The notes: generated by a model not told the origin, from the letters alone. Shown: positions 29,201 to 38,638, counted from the first letter of the stretch. The stretch is 64,000 nt of DNA from Bacteroidia bacterium (GCA_039937835.1 JBDTFR010000012.1:6143-70142); one strand, 5' to 3'. Translations and numbers: made by a program.

Positions 29201-30201
29201 GGAATATTTACGGGTACCCAATCTTTATATACAGCTTCCTGTCCAGGAACACTTCCAATTATGGGCATTAGTTTAAAGCCACCAGCAACGCCTTTTTCTA
29301 TATCTACATCATAACTAGCGCAATCAATTGCATTACCATTTTGGTCAAATACTCTAATTTTAAAATAAGGCTGTTCTGATTGTGGATGTGCTTGAGCTAA
29401 ATTTTGACTAAATACTACTGCATACCAATACGTGATAGATGGGTTAGTAGCCGACACTACAAACGTATTTTTTATAATTTGGTGATTATAAGGGCCATTG
29501 CTTGCAAATTTACCGTATGCCTCGCTACTGCCCAATCTTAAAGAATAAGTGTGCCCAGGTGCTACTTTTGAAATGGGTACAAATGGATCTGTACCTGCAG
29601 TCATTATTTCATGTACATAATCAGGTTGATTCATTAGTGTACTCGTATCTAAAGTACTAGTGGGCAAAGACGCAGCAAGGGTAGTAAAGTTAGAGGGGTT
29701 AGCAACACTACACCAACGTCCACTCCAACCAGCATGAGTTCCTATTGCAAAATCTAAGTTATTACAATTACTTGCTAAAACATTAAATGGGATAGTGTTT
29801 ATATTAGAATAGAAGCCAGACTGTTTTTTGTATAAAGCCTCCATGGAGGGAAGCATTTCTTTCCAATAGTCTAATGCTTCCGCCTTTGTAGTTATGCTTC
29901 CTTCTTTTACCTTGGTTAAATAGTTCGCGTAGTTTAATAAATTTTTTCTTGATGCGTAACGTAAAAATGAATTAGATTCAGCCGCATCAATATTTAAATT
30001 GCTGCGTAACATCCCTTCCACATCATGCCAATCAAATAAATGATTTGCATTGTGTGTAAACTCCTCTGAAAACCTTGGTGCTTGTGAATTATTTGTAGTG
30101 GTTGTTTGTTGAGCTTTACTTTCAATGCAACAAATTATAATTACCCCTAATACTAATCTAATAATTCTCTTTAAGTAATTTGTATGCATACTTACAATCA
30201 T
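26272..30201 (-). CDS. Large T9SS type-B (gliding-motility-associated C-terminal domain) surface protein with PKD and Ig-like repeats
   Basis: C-terminal YIPNAFSPNDDGLND...IYDRWG...WDG...VYVW...GIVTLIK; PKD motifs WSWDF, WEWNFGD, YTFGDG; signal peptide. Confidence 0.92.
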   Translation of the reverse strand: MIVSMHTNYLKRIIRLVLGVIIICCIESKAQQTTTTNNSQAPRFSEEFTHNANHLFDWHDVEGMLRSNLNIDAAESNSFLRYASRKNLLNYANYLTKVKEGSITTKAEALDYWKEMLPSMEALYKKQSGFYSNINTIPFNVLASNCNNLDFAIGTHAGWSGRWCSVANPSNFTTLAASLPTSTLDTSTLMNQPDYVHEIMTAGTDPFVPISKVAPGHTYSLRLGSSEAYGKFASNGPYNHQIIKNTFVVSATNPSITYWYAVVFSQNLAQAHPQSEQPYFKIRVFDQNGNAIDCASYDVDIEKGVAGGFKLMPIIGSVPGQEAVYKDWVPVNIPLINYIGQQVTIQFESSDCNAAGHFGYAYLAVDCSPFKAITTKPFICGVDTAVLIAPSGVYSYLWTGPGIISAVDSSSIVINKPGKYSVAMTVVGNGGKFCVFNIDTIITGVVNLPTAFFSNLPTCSNLPMKFVDKSTPTGAITSWSWDFTNDGIEDKNDQNPLYSFPKQGIYPVKLTIMQGPCEATITKDVIVDPGPALLITNPNAVCSPIKIDITTKATTAGSTNINSISYWRDLGCTVVLNNPNMLSVGGTYYIKAVSSLGCVDIQPVTVIIDPIPVLSITNPPAVCFPNTVDITVASITLGSTGGGTFSYWTNANATNTLIAPNAIKASGTYYIKITSLGGCSDIKPVIVTIHSLPIADAGFDLATCSGQTTGKIGADAIVNQLYSWSPITGLSDSQISNPSVTITNNKTVPELFLYTLTVTNSITNCKSVDDIKVTINPQPVLNIINPLPICYPNTANITTAIITAGSTGGGTLSYWVDALATIPLINPTAINASGTYFIKAINTNCVDIRPITVKINTPPIANAGADVELCTGASSILGTSPVIDYTYLWQLLDNTFAKGLSNNSIANPSVSLTNGGSSPITSVYVLKTTNSLTSCSSTDTVNVLVNALATANAGSNQSLCMGSAIKLNGSIGGAATVGKWSGGAGTYNPSNTSLQALYTPTKTECTAGFVKLTLTTDDPVGSCTIASSDVLISFYKDPIVKFAIDAPNGCLGKCVNFYDSTTVSGGDIVSWEWNFGDTSPNGKGKKVTHCYTQSGVYDITVTAISNHGCKSNLMKPKLVEIFQKPKAEFFASPNPTTILDTKVTLLNQSSKDVVYWHYTFGDGAEVDSLTANPVHLYLPKTPATYLATLLVKNADGCVDSISHEIVIHPEFTFYIPNAFSPNDDGLNDVFLGRGIGIKKYNFWIYDRWGNIIFNTEDIDEGWDGGTTSSTDNIIDGSAGCLQDVYVWKVRVIDIIGKIHDYKGIVTLIK

Positions 30202-30268
30202 TAAATTATTTCAAAAACTCGCCCCTTTGCTCATAAAAAAACCATTATATGAACGATTATTTAATTAA

Positions 30269-30296
30269 AGATGCTGTTTTAAAATATTTGGTTGCA
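30269..30296 (-). promoter_or_regulatory. Putative ECF-sigma promoter of the adhesin gene
   Basis: Minus strand TGCAACC-N15-GCATCT, about 70 nt upstream of the start. Confidence 0.45.
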
Positions 30297-31856
30297 TTTA
30301 CAGCAATCTATTTTTAATACTTAAAAAATTAGCAAAAATTAAATTAAAGAGAATTTCAACAATTTTTACGCAAAAAAAAATAAAAAGTTTTATGAAATTT
30401 TGAACTATAATTTCAAGCCAAAACAAAATAAAATATTATTATACTACTGAAAAACAGATATTTGTAAATAATTTTTAAGATTCGATTTAGTATTTATAGT
30501 GGATATTATGCCTTTACAAACTATTGCAAAACTCCAACTTGCGTACTGAGTATTCTTAAAATTTTTCATCTTTACAGCTAACCACCCGCAGACGTATCCC
30601 CTTGATTAAAAGTAATTTAAATTATAAAATAAAATTAGATTTATTACGGAATATAGGTTTAGGGTAAAACAACTACAAAAAAATAAGACTCAATACAACA
30701 CTCTATAAAACATAGGATAGCGGGTTCAGAATGATCGAGAAGATGCTACCATAGGAAAAATTTAAAGTCTTTAATAATATTGCTGCACTATAAATCAATG
30801 CACCCTGTACTTTTTTAACACGTTAATTTTTTTTAATAACCCCAAGTAAATTTTCGTTACGTCATTTTTCCAAAAAAATAAATTTTTATCAACCTAAAAA
30901 ATGAACTATAATTAATATAAAATTGCAAAAAAACATAACTCTTAAGGATATAAATAACAATCTTTATTTAGGTTCTTGGGTATTGTATGTTTATAATTAA
31001 CATACAAATCGTAATAGAAATGAAAACTATAAATAGCCGAGATGCTTTACCTCAAAGTATTATATTTCTAGAATGAACTTATTTGATTCTTTTGAAATAT
31101 TTAACTTCATCTTTTTTCTACTTCTTATTTTTGAATATATTTTTGAATTACGTCTAATTTTACATATTGATCAACTGTATTAATATAATATCCGCTTATC
31201 ATAAAAAAGACCCTCTCTGTGTTGATTTTAAAGTTGTTGATGAATACGAAAAAGCTGCTTTTTTATGATACTTTTTATAGTCTGAGCTATGATTTCAACA
31301 GAGAATTTTCAGAACACTTTGTATCAAGAAATGAATATGATACTAAATAGCACTTATTCTTAAAAAAAATACTTACATGCTTTTCTGCGGTTTGTTTACA
31401 AACTTCAACCAAACTATTTTCAACTCGTTTAGTCTAAACGCATCTTCGATATTTATTGACCAAACCAAATGATACAACATCAAAATAATCTATTGTGTCG
31501 CTTTGTAACATCATCATTTATTTTACAATTTTATACTTTTAGAATTTTGCTGATGTAGAAACTGAGGCATAATTCCTATGATTTAAATAGATTAATGATT
31601 TATTACCGATTAGTTCTACCTGGTCTTTTAAAATACGAAGCTCCTTTATTATTTCTTTAGTGGTATTTGAAGCAGTAAAATGATTTTATAATTTTTATTA
31701 TAATATAATCCAAACATAATTAAATAATTATGTAAAATAATATCGACGATATATTGGTTTATAACTGGTATTAATGACCTAAAAAATGGCAATAAATTTC
31801 TTCATGAAAAATAATGTGCAAAACCTGCTTCAACAAATAAAGACAAAAATATTACT

Positions 31857-31864
31857 TACATTTG
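31857..31864 (+). promoter_or_regulatory. Bacteroidota housekeeping -7 promoter element
   Basis: TACATTTG (TAnnTTTG) about 40 nt before the azurin start; similar elements at 46237, 50103 and 63908. Confidence 0.6.
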
Positions 31865-31902
31865 TGCACTATTTACTAACCTAAAATAAAAAAAGCACAA
31901 AA

Positions 31903-32439
31903 ATGAAAAAAATTCTTTTTATTCCTTCAATTGCTGTAATGGCATTACTAGCTTCCTGCGGAAGTAAGGAACCAGCAAAAACCGAACAACCAACAATGGA
32001 AACACCAGCAGCAGCTCCAGCAGAAACAGAAACCCAACCTGCAGAGTCAGCAGCATCTGCAGTTACTGATCATATTACATTAACTGGTGATGATCAAATG
32101 AAGTATGATGGATATATGTTTAAAATTAAAGCGGGACAGGATGTTAAATTAACAATGACAAATGCTGGTAAATTACCAAAAGAAGCAATGGGTCATAACG
32201 TTGTTATTTTAGCTAAAGGTACCGATGTTGCTGCATTTGCAAAAGAGGCAGCGAAAGATAAAGCAGATGGCTATATTCCAGCATCTATGAAAAGTTCTAT
32301 CATTGCTCACACTAAGACTTTAGGTCCTGGTGAAACTGATGAAATCACTTTTAAGATTGATGCTCCAGGAGAATATGATTTTATTTGTAGCTTTCCTGGT
32401 CATTATATAACTATGAAAGGCAAAATTGTAGTAGAATAA
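31903..32439 (+). CDS. Azurin-family blue copper lipoprotein
   Basis: Lipobox LASC, P/A/E/T-rich linker, MGHNVV and CSFPGHYITM type-1 copper ligands. Confidence 0.93.
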   Translation: MKKILFIPSIAVMALLASCGSKEPAKTEQPTMETPAAAPAETETQPAESAASAVTDHITLTGDDQMKYDGYMFKIKAGQDVKLTMTNAGKLPKEAMGHNVVILAKGTDVAAFAKEAAKDKADGYIPASMKSSIIAHTKTLGPGETDEITFKIDAPGEYDFICSFPGHYITMKGKIVVE

Positions 32440-32455
32440 TTAGTGTATTTAATTT

Positions 32456-32497
32456 AATAAAAGAGGCTGTCTACTATTTAAGACAGCCTCTTTTATT
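32456..32497. terminator. Bidirectional intrinsic terminator
   Basis: Perfect 17-bp inverted repeat aataaaagaggctgtct / agacagcctcttttatt. Confidence 0.85.
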
Positions 32498-32574
32498 TAT
32501 ATATAACTTTAGTCACTAAAAATAAATGGCAAACAAAATCTTACTACAAATTATAACTCTAAAAACTGTGTATT

Positions 32575-32781
32575 CTACTTTTTATTCATAGCAACCATTG
32601 CCACACCAGCTATAAGCAATACACCACCAATTATAGGTGACCATTGTACAGGGTGATTTTCTTTTTTATCGATCTGTATTGGTCCAAGATCTACTACGTT
32701 TTTCTTAGTTACAAAGTTAAAACCCGTTATTATCATCATTATAATTCCAATTGCAATTAGTACTATTCCTATGTTTTTCAT
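32575..32781 (-). CDS. Small two-TM membrane protein (DUF3185-like)
   Basis: Two hydrophobic segments flanking KKNVVDLGPIQI...WSP. Confidence 0.75.
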   Translation of the reverse strand: MKNIGIVLIAIGIIMMIITGFNFVTKKNVVDLGPIQIDKKENHPVQWSPIIGGVLLIAGVAMVAMNKK

Positions 32782-32828
32782 GTTTTTTTTTGGTTTAGAT
32801 TTATTTAACTTTTAATTATCGTATAGTT

Positions 32829-33530
32829 TTATTTTTTTTTGTCTTCTCGCTTTTCTTCTTCTCTTGCTCTCTTCTTTTTAAAAGCACCTCTCAATAAAAA
32901 GCTATTTTGTGCGGCATTCATATTTTCTTTAAATCCTTTAGTACCGCCTTTTAAATTAATAAGTGTTTGATTCAAATTATCGGCCAACGTAGTATCCATA
33001 AATAACCTACCGATTGTACCTTTACCCGAGCGAATAGAGTTCGTAATAACAGCAAGGTCGGAAGTAATATAAGTTGCATTTTCTGCAGTAGCATTTAATT
33101 TATATAATATTTCATCAAAATTAACTGCTTCGTTTGTAAGAATATGATCTTGATTTTTTATTTCAGCTGCATTTAGTGAACCAGAAGCAATATTTATTAT
33201 TTTATTCCCCATCAACCCTTCAGATCCAATTGTTGCTTGAGCATCTTTCTTTATAAATTTTTGAACATCTTTATCTATTATCATATCTACTTTTACTGAT
33301 GTATCACTAATAATATTAATATTTTCAACCGTGCCCACGTTTATTCCAGAAAAACGAATATTGTTACCTACTTGTAATCCATTTACATTTTTAAATATCG
33401 CATTTATTCTGAATACATCACTAAATAGGCGTTGTTTTTGCCCTATAAAATAAATTGCAAAAATAAATACTAAGACTGCAGCTGTTACGAAAATTCCTAA
33501 TTTAACTGAACTACCTGTTTTCTTTTTCAT
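32829..33530 (-). CDS. mlaD: MlaD/MCE family protein
   Basis: N-terminal TM, GLQVGNNIRFSGINVGTV, IGSEGLMGNK. Confidence 0.92.
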   Translation of the reverse strand: MKKKTGSSVKLGIFVTAAVLVFIFAIYFIGQKQRLFSDVFRINAIFKNVNGLQVGNNIRFSGINVGTVENINIISDTSVKVDMIIDKDVQKFIKKDAQATIGSEGLMGNKIINIASGSLNAAEIKNQDHILTNEAVNFDEILYKLNATAENATYITSDLAVITNSIRSGKGTIGRLFMDTTLADNLNQTLINLKGGTKGFKENMNAAQNSFLLRGAFKKKRAREEEKREDKKK

Positions 33531-33556
33531 ATGAGATTGATTACCTAAAATATATT

Positions 33557-34333
33557 TTATAGAAAAAATGATTTAATATTGTCTTTTTCAGAGTTTTTTA
33601 AGCCTTCGTAAGTGCCTTCAGCGATTACTTTACCTTGGTCTAAAATAATTACTCGGTCAGCAACAATTCGAGCACAATCCATATCGTGTGTAATAATAAT
33701 AGAAGAGGTTTGATATTTTTTACGTACACTTAAAATGAGTGTACTAATCTCTTTAGATGTAATAGGATCTAAACCAGTTGTAGGCTCATCATAAAGCATT
33801 ATTTCAGGCTTTAAAATTAATGTTCTTGCTAAACCTACCCTTTTTCTCATGCCACCTGAAAGTTCCGAAGGCATTTTATTTATTACGTCTGGCAAACCCA
33901 CATTTTCCAATGCTTCTTTAACTAACCCTTCTATATCTTCTTTTTTAATCGATTTTACTCTGCTAATTGGAAATCTTAAATTATCTCCAATTGTCATTGA
34001 ATCATACAAAGCGCCGCTCTGAAATAAAAACCCCACCCTTTTTCTTAATATATTCAACTCTTTCGAGGTTATTTCAGAAATATTTTGATCAAGTACTTCT
34101 AATTTACCTTCATCCAAATCTATTAACCCAACCATGCACTTTATTAAAACCGATTTTCCTGTTCCTGATTTCCCTAATACTACCAAATTTTCTCCTTTTC
34201 GTAATTGAAAAGTTATTCCTTGTAATACAGCATTGGTTCCAAAGCTTTTTTTCAATCCTTCTATATTGGCAACTATATTTTTATTCGCCACTATTTTATT
34301 ATCGATAATTTCTTGCATTCGTTGTTCCATCAT
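33557..34333 (-). CDS. mlaF: MlaF-type ABC transporter ATP-binding protein
   Basis: GKSGTGKS, FQSGALYDS, LSGGMRKR, YDEPTTGLDP. Confidence 0.93.
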   Translation of the reverse strand: MMEQRMQEIIDNKIVANKNIVANIEGLKKSFGTNAVLQGITFQLRKGENLVVLGKSGTGKSVLIKCMVGLIDLDEGKLEVLDQNISEITSKELNILRKRVGFLFQSGALYDSMTIGDNLRFPISRVKSIKKEDIEGLVKEALENVGLPDVINKMPSELSGGMRKRVGLARTLILKPEIMLYDEPTTGLDPITSKEISTLILSVRKKYQTSSIIITHDMDCARIVADRVIILDQGKVIAEGTYEGLKNSEKDNIKSFFL

Positions 34334-34335
34334 TT

Positions 34336-35166
34336 TTACATCATTATACTTGTAATTTGTACTGCAATCATATCAATGATAAATACAAGTAATGAAGCTA
34401 CTACAACTGCAGTATTAGCAGCTTTACCAACACCTTCGGTTCCTTTATTGGAATTATACCCTTTATAACAACCAATTAAACCAATTACAAATCCAAAGAA
34501 AAAAGTCTTTATAAAAGCTGGATAGATATCTATAAACTCTAAAGAGGAAAAAATTTGATTAAAAAATAATCTAATGCTTACATCGCCCGAAATGTTTACA
34601 CCAATGTATGAACCTAATAGCCCTATTGCATCCGATAGAATAACCAACAAGGGAATCATGAATGTGCAAGCTAATATTCGATTTACAACCAAAAACTTAA
34701 ATGGATTAGTAGCAGAAACCTCCATCGCCTCAATTTGTTCTGTGACTTTCATAGAGCCTAATTCTGCGCCAATCCCTGAACCTATCTTACCTGCACAAAT
34801 TAATGCTGTAATTACCGGTCCAATTTCTCTAATCATAGATACTGCAACCATTCCAGGAATTAATGATTCTGCACCAAATGCTGCCATAGTGGGTTTAGCT
34901 TGAATTGTTAATACTAATCCCATTATAAAACCTGTAATACCAATAAGCGAAAATGATCTATAGCCTATTAAATAGCATTGTCTAATTAATTCTGCAAATT
35001 CATATGGCGGAAGAAATACATTTTTAAAAAATCTCAAAGCAAAACGAGTGATGTCAGAAACCTCAATTAGAATTTTTTTTAATTTTTGTATAAAACTTAA
35101 TTTTAAAATTTTGACTGTAAGGGATTGTTCTTCTTCAACCATTAACGATGTGGATTTATTATTCAT
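34336..35166 (-). CDS. mlaE: MlaE-type ABC transporter permease
   Basis: REIGPVITAL, AELGSMKVTEQIEA, GTEGVGKA. Confidence 0.93.
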   Translation of the reverse strand: MNNKSTSLMVEEEQSLTVKILKLSFIQKLKKILIEVSDITRFALRFFKNVFLPPYEFAELIRQCYLIGYRSFSLIGITGFIMGLVLTIQAKPTMAAFGAESLIPGMVAVSMIREIGPVITALICAGKIGSGIGAELGSMKVTEQIEAMEVSATNPFKFLVVNRILACTFMIPLLVILSDAIGLLGSYIGVNISGDVSIRLFFNQIFSSLEFIDIYPAFIKTFFFGFVIGLIGCYKGYNSNKGTEGVGKAANTAVVVASLLVFIIDMIAVQITSIMM

Positions 35167-35576
35167 ATAAAATTCTTAAAACAAAAGTTATAAATTTACA
35201 CTATAAACTAGTTAAAATACGCTATATCATAAAAAAATTCAATAGATTCTTGTTTTGTATTATTTGTATTTTATTGTTACACATTAATGGAAACCCAATA
35301 TTAGTGTTTAGAATTACTACACACTCTTTCACAAAATCATTTTTAAAATATAGCGATCAATTTAATTAATTGAATTTAATTAATTGGATTCATATTATTA
35401 TTTACAAGGACATACTATAATTATAATGCCAAGTTTTTTTTTATAGTTATGGTGATAGAACCTAACGTTTTTAATCAACCTGTGGATTAGAAAATAAATA
35501 TTTTTAAGATATGAGTATTTATTTACTCAACAGTGGTTTAAGATCATAATAGCACTAGTGAGTACCTATACTAATT

Positions 35577-35744
35577 TTAATTAGTAGAATTATTATCTTT
35601 TTTCGTTACAGTTATAATTATTAGAATTAAAGCAGAAATTAATATTAGATGCACCATTGCCCCTATGATTGCGCTTAAAAGAAAAAAGCTAATCATCCAA
35701 CAAATAATTAATATAATTGCTAAGAAATAGGATTTGTATTGCAT
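35577..35744 (-). CDS. lmo0937/DUF5670-like small membrane protein (55 aa)
   Basis: Below the ORF-track cutoff; MQYKSYFLAIILIICWMISFFLLSAIIGAMVHLILISALILIIITVTKKDNNSTN has the conserved W and H. Confidence 0.65.
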   Translation of the reverse strand: MQYKSYFLAIILIICWMISFFLLSAIIGAMVHLILISALILIIITVTKKDNNSTN

Positions 35745-35829
35745 ATTGTTTTGTATAACTATAAGTTTAAATTATATATAAACTATTGCCAAATCTGTGC
35801 CCTAATGACTTATCTTTAGAATTAAAAGA

Positions 35830-36720
35830 TTATTTTTTTAATTCTAAAGATCCTGTTGCGTCAAAATTAACAGGAATTAGTTGATCATTATTATTCATAT
35901 TATTCAACTTCATATCAGCTTTTATCATTAGCTTGTAATCAACTATATCATTATCAGTAACGATGGAAATAGCTGTTTTTAAAGGGTGTTCAATCTTAAT
36001 AGTAACGGGTAATACTACTGTTGCTGTAGAAGAAGGTTTAATTCTAATTTTTTGATTAAGTGTTTTTTCACTATAAAAAGAATTCTTAGCAACAAAAGAA
36101 TAATGAATATTACTTAACTCCATATCAATATTTTTTCCTTTATTAATAATTCCAATAGTAACGTTCGCTGTTAACGTTTTGTCCCTAAAATTATATTTTT
36201 TTTGGTCTGTACTTAGCACTTTTATTTGTGGAGGAACAGGTACAGCAATCTTTTTGGTTTTATCGTAATCTATTTTAACGTGTCCAAAAATAGTATTGTA
36301 TACCACGTAAAATTGAAAATTAACAGTAGTAGAATCGAATTTTTGTAGGCTCGCTATTGTTTTCCTTATTTTTTTAAAAGAAACATTAAGTGGTAGCTTT
36401 ACAGTGTCGATTTGGAATTTACGTTGGCGTAATTGCAATGGTACTAATTCTTCCGCTACCAATAAATCGCTTAAATTTATTTTATAATAAATGCTATCTA
36501 TTGTTAGGCGGTAAGGACTTTTGTTCTGAACAATTACATCAATTTTACTAAACAAAGAATCTCCTCTAATTTTAGCATCTATAAAAGCAATACTTTCAAT
36601 ATCTGGAATTATTAAATTTAGAGCTTTACGCGGATTAAATACGTAAAACAAAATTGAAATAGCAATAGCAAATATTAAAACGATAATTAATACAATTTTT
36701 AATTTCTTAGGTATACTCAC
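35830..36720 (-). CDS. Membrane-anchored protein with two LEA_2/WHy-like domains
   Basis: N-terminal TM; two beta-rich repeats (VQNKSPYRLTIDSIYY...VKLPL; IINKG..MELSNIHY...VVLPV). Confidence 0.65.
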   Translation of the reverse strand: MSIPKKLKIVLIIVLIFAIAISILFYVFNPRKALNLIIPDIESIAFIDAKIRGDSLFSKIDVIVQNKSPYRLTIDSIYYKINLSDLLVAEELVPLQLRQRKFQIDTVKLPLNVSFKKIRKTIASLQKFDSTTVNFQFYVVYNTIFGHVKIDYDKTKKIAVPVPPQIKVLSTDQKKYNFRDKTLTANVTIGIINKGKNIDMELSNIHYSFVAKNSFYSEKTLNQKIRIKPSSTATVVLPVTIKIEHPLKTAISIVTDNDIVDYKLMIKADMKLNNMNNNDQLIPVNFDATGSLELKK

Positions 36721-37510
36721 TTTTTATTTTTTTATTTTTTTTAAAAATATTTCTAAAAATGTTTTCTCTGAATCTTCTTCAATAATATTGATATTAATTA
36801 TCTTATCAATTTTGGGGTTAAGCGCGTATAAAAAACATTCCTTAAAACATAGCTTATTTCCCAACACTAGTTTGTATCTTAATTTTTAAATCTGCCATTT
36901 ATTGGAATTTTTGCAACAAGTTGTTCTTCTCATTGATTTTGAAATATTTAAGGTACCGCTAAATTTTCACTCTTTCTCGGCAAATTAAGTAAATATAAAC
37001 CAAAATTTCCCTTTTTAACATCGAATTTACCACATTGGGTTAAAAAATCCTTAATCAAAACAAGCTTAACATCCCTTATATCTGTATTCAACTCAAAGGG
37101 CGACCTTTTTTAAAATCATCAAAATCTACATTAATTAAAAAACTACCTTCATACTTCACAATGTGCAGGCAATAGTTTAGAACTGTCATTTTTCTATTAA
37201 TAAATTAATAGCTATAATCATTAAAATGATAGCTGCTTTATTCACTTTAGTTTTTTATAATTATCAACATAGTGTATTTCAGCATTTGTAATTTCAAATC
37301 TATTAATTTTAAGTGTCATTAAATATTTAATAAGTGATGTAAAGTCTGAGGTATCGGCTTTTATATTTCCCTTTAATATTTCCCTAAACGATACTTAATG
37401 GATTGGTTATTTCTGTTTCAAAAACTACTTTATCTTTTAAAATAGTTCTCCATTCTACCGATTAGTCAATCTCCAGCGATTCAAAAAAAGACAAGTTGTC
37501 TTTATCCATT
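36720..37510 (-). pseudogene. DUF748-family protein pseudogene
   Basis: Broken frames give SFFESLEID*SVEWRTILK, KADTSDFTSLIKYLMTLKINRFEITNAEIHYVD, FELNTDIRDVKLVLIKDFLTQCGKFDVKKGNFGLY and QLVAKIPINGRF; boundaries approximate. Confidence 0.75.
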
Positions 37511-37626
37511 TTATTTTATTCTTCTGTGAAAACTATTTTCGCTTGCTTTGAAGGACTCTTTATTCTTACTCTTTAAACTTCCTTATAATACTATCAAATT
37601 TTAATAAAGTAAAACATTTTTTATTA

Positions 37627-37662
37627 CTTAAACATCATGCCGCATTTGGAATGAGATTTGAG
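37627..37662. promoter_or_regulatory. Back-to-back sigma-54-like elements between the DUF748 pseudogene and yihY
   Basis: Plus strand TGGAATG-AGAT-TTGAG at 37647; minus strand CGGCATG-ATGT-TTAAG from 37642. Confidence 0.35.
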
Positions 37663-37690
37663 TTATGGCACAAGCGAAAGAAAGAAAAAG

Positions 37691-38638
37691 ATGCTTTTAA
37701 AGAAATGTTTACAACATCCCGTATTTTTAATATTAAAAAGTTCATTTATAGGATTTGTAGACGATAACGTATTAAAATTTAGCGCAGCATTAGCTTATTA
37801 TACCATATTTTCGTTACCATCCATGCTTATAGTGATAATTGGTTTATGCAGCGTATTTTATGGTAAAGATGCAGTTCAGGGCGAAATATTTTTTCAAATT
37901 CATCAATTTGTAGGAAATGAAGCGGCGTTAGAAATTCAACATATATTACAAAAAACTACCCTTCACCATGATAATTTTTTAGCTACCATAACAGGGTTAG
38001 CTACTTTACTATTAGCTGCCACGGGTATGTTTGGAGAAATACAGGATTCAATTAATATAATTTGGGGATTAAAAACAAAACCTAAAAAGGGATTTATAAA
38101 AATTTTCTTAAATAGATTAATTTCATTTTCAATGGTGTTAATTTTAGGTTTTATTTTGTTAGTTTCATTACTTTTAAATGCAGTAATGGATAATTTTTTT
38201 AATGAGCTTAAAAAGATATTCTCAGAGAGTTTTATTACTTATTTATATTTGTTAGATTATATTTTTTTATTTGGAGTAATTGCTTTGTTATTTGCTTTTA
38301 TTTTTAAAGCCTTACCAGATGCTAAAATATTGTGGAAAGACGTATGGGTAGGCGCATTAATTACTACTTTATTATTTTTAATTGGTAAATTTTTAATTAG
38401 TTATTACTTAATGCACAATAAGAGTATTAGTGCCTATGGGGCGGCAGGTTCATTAATTATTATTTTATTATGGGTATATTATTCGGCTATAATTTTGTAT
38501 TACGGGGCAGAATTTACTCAAGCCTATGTAAAACAAAGAGGTAGATTCATTCAACCCAATAAATACGCAGTTTGGATAGCAGAAGAGGCAGAAGCTAAAA
38601 AAATCCCTGTTACAGAAATAAGTAACATTCATAAATAA
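37691..38638 (+). CDS. YihY/virulence factor BrkB family membrane protein
   Basis: SAALAYYTIFSLP, IQDSINIIW, YGAAGSLIIILLWVYYSAIILYYGAEF; ATG 37691 preferred over TTG 37658. Confidence 0.92.
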   Translation: MLLKKCLQHPVFLILKSSFIGFVDDNVLKFSAALAYYTIFSLPSMLIVIIGLCSVFYGKDAVQGEIFFQIHQFVGNEAALEIQHILQKTTLHHDNFLATITGLATLLLAATGMFGEIQDSINIIWGLKTKPKKGFIKIFLNRLISFSMVLILGFILLVSLLLNAVMDNFFNELKKIFSESFITYLYLLDYIFLFGVIALLFAFIFKALPDAKILWKDVWVGALITTLLFLIGKFLISYYLMHNKSISAYGAAGSLIIILLWVYYSAIILYYGAEFTQAYVKQRGRFIQPNKYAVWIAEEAEAKKIPVTEISNIHK

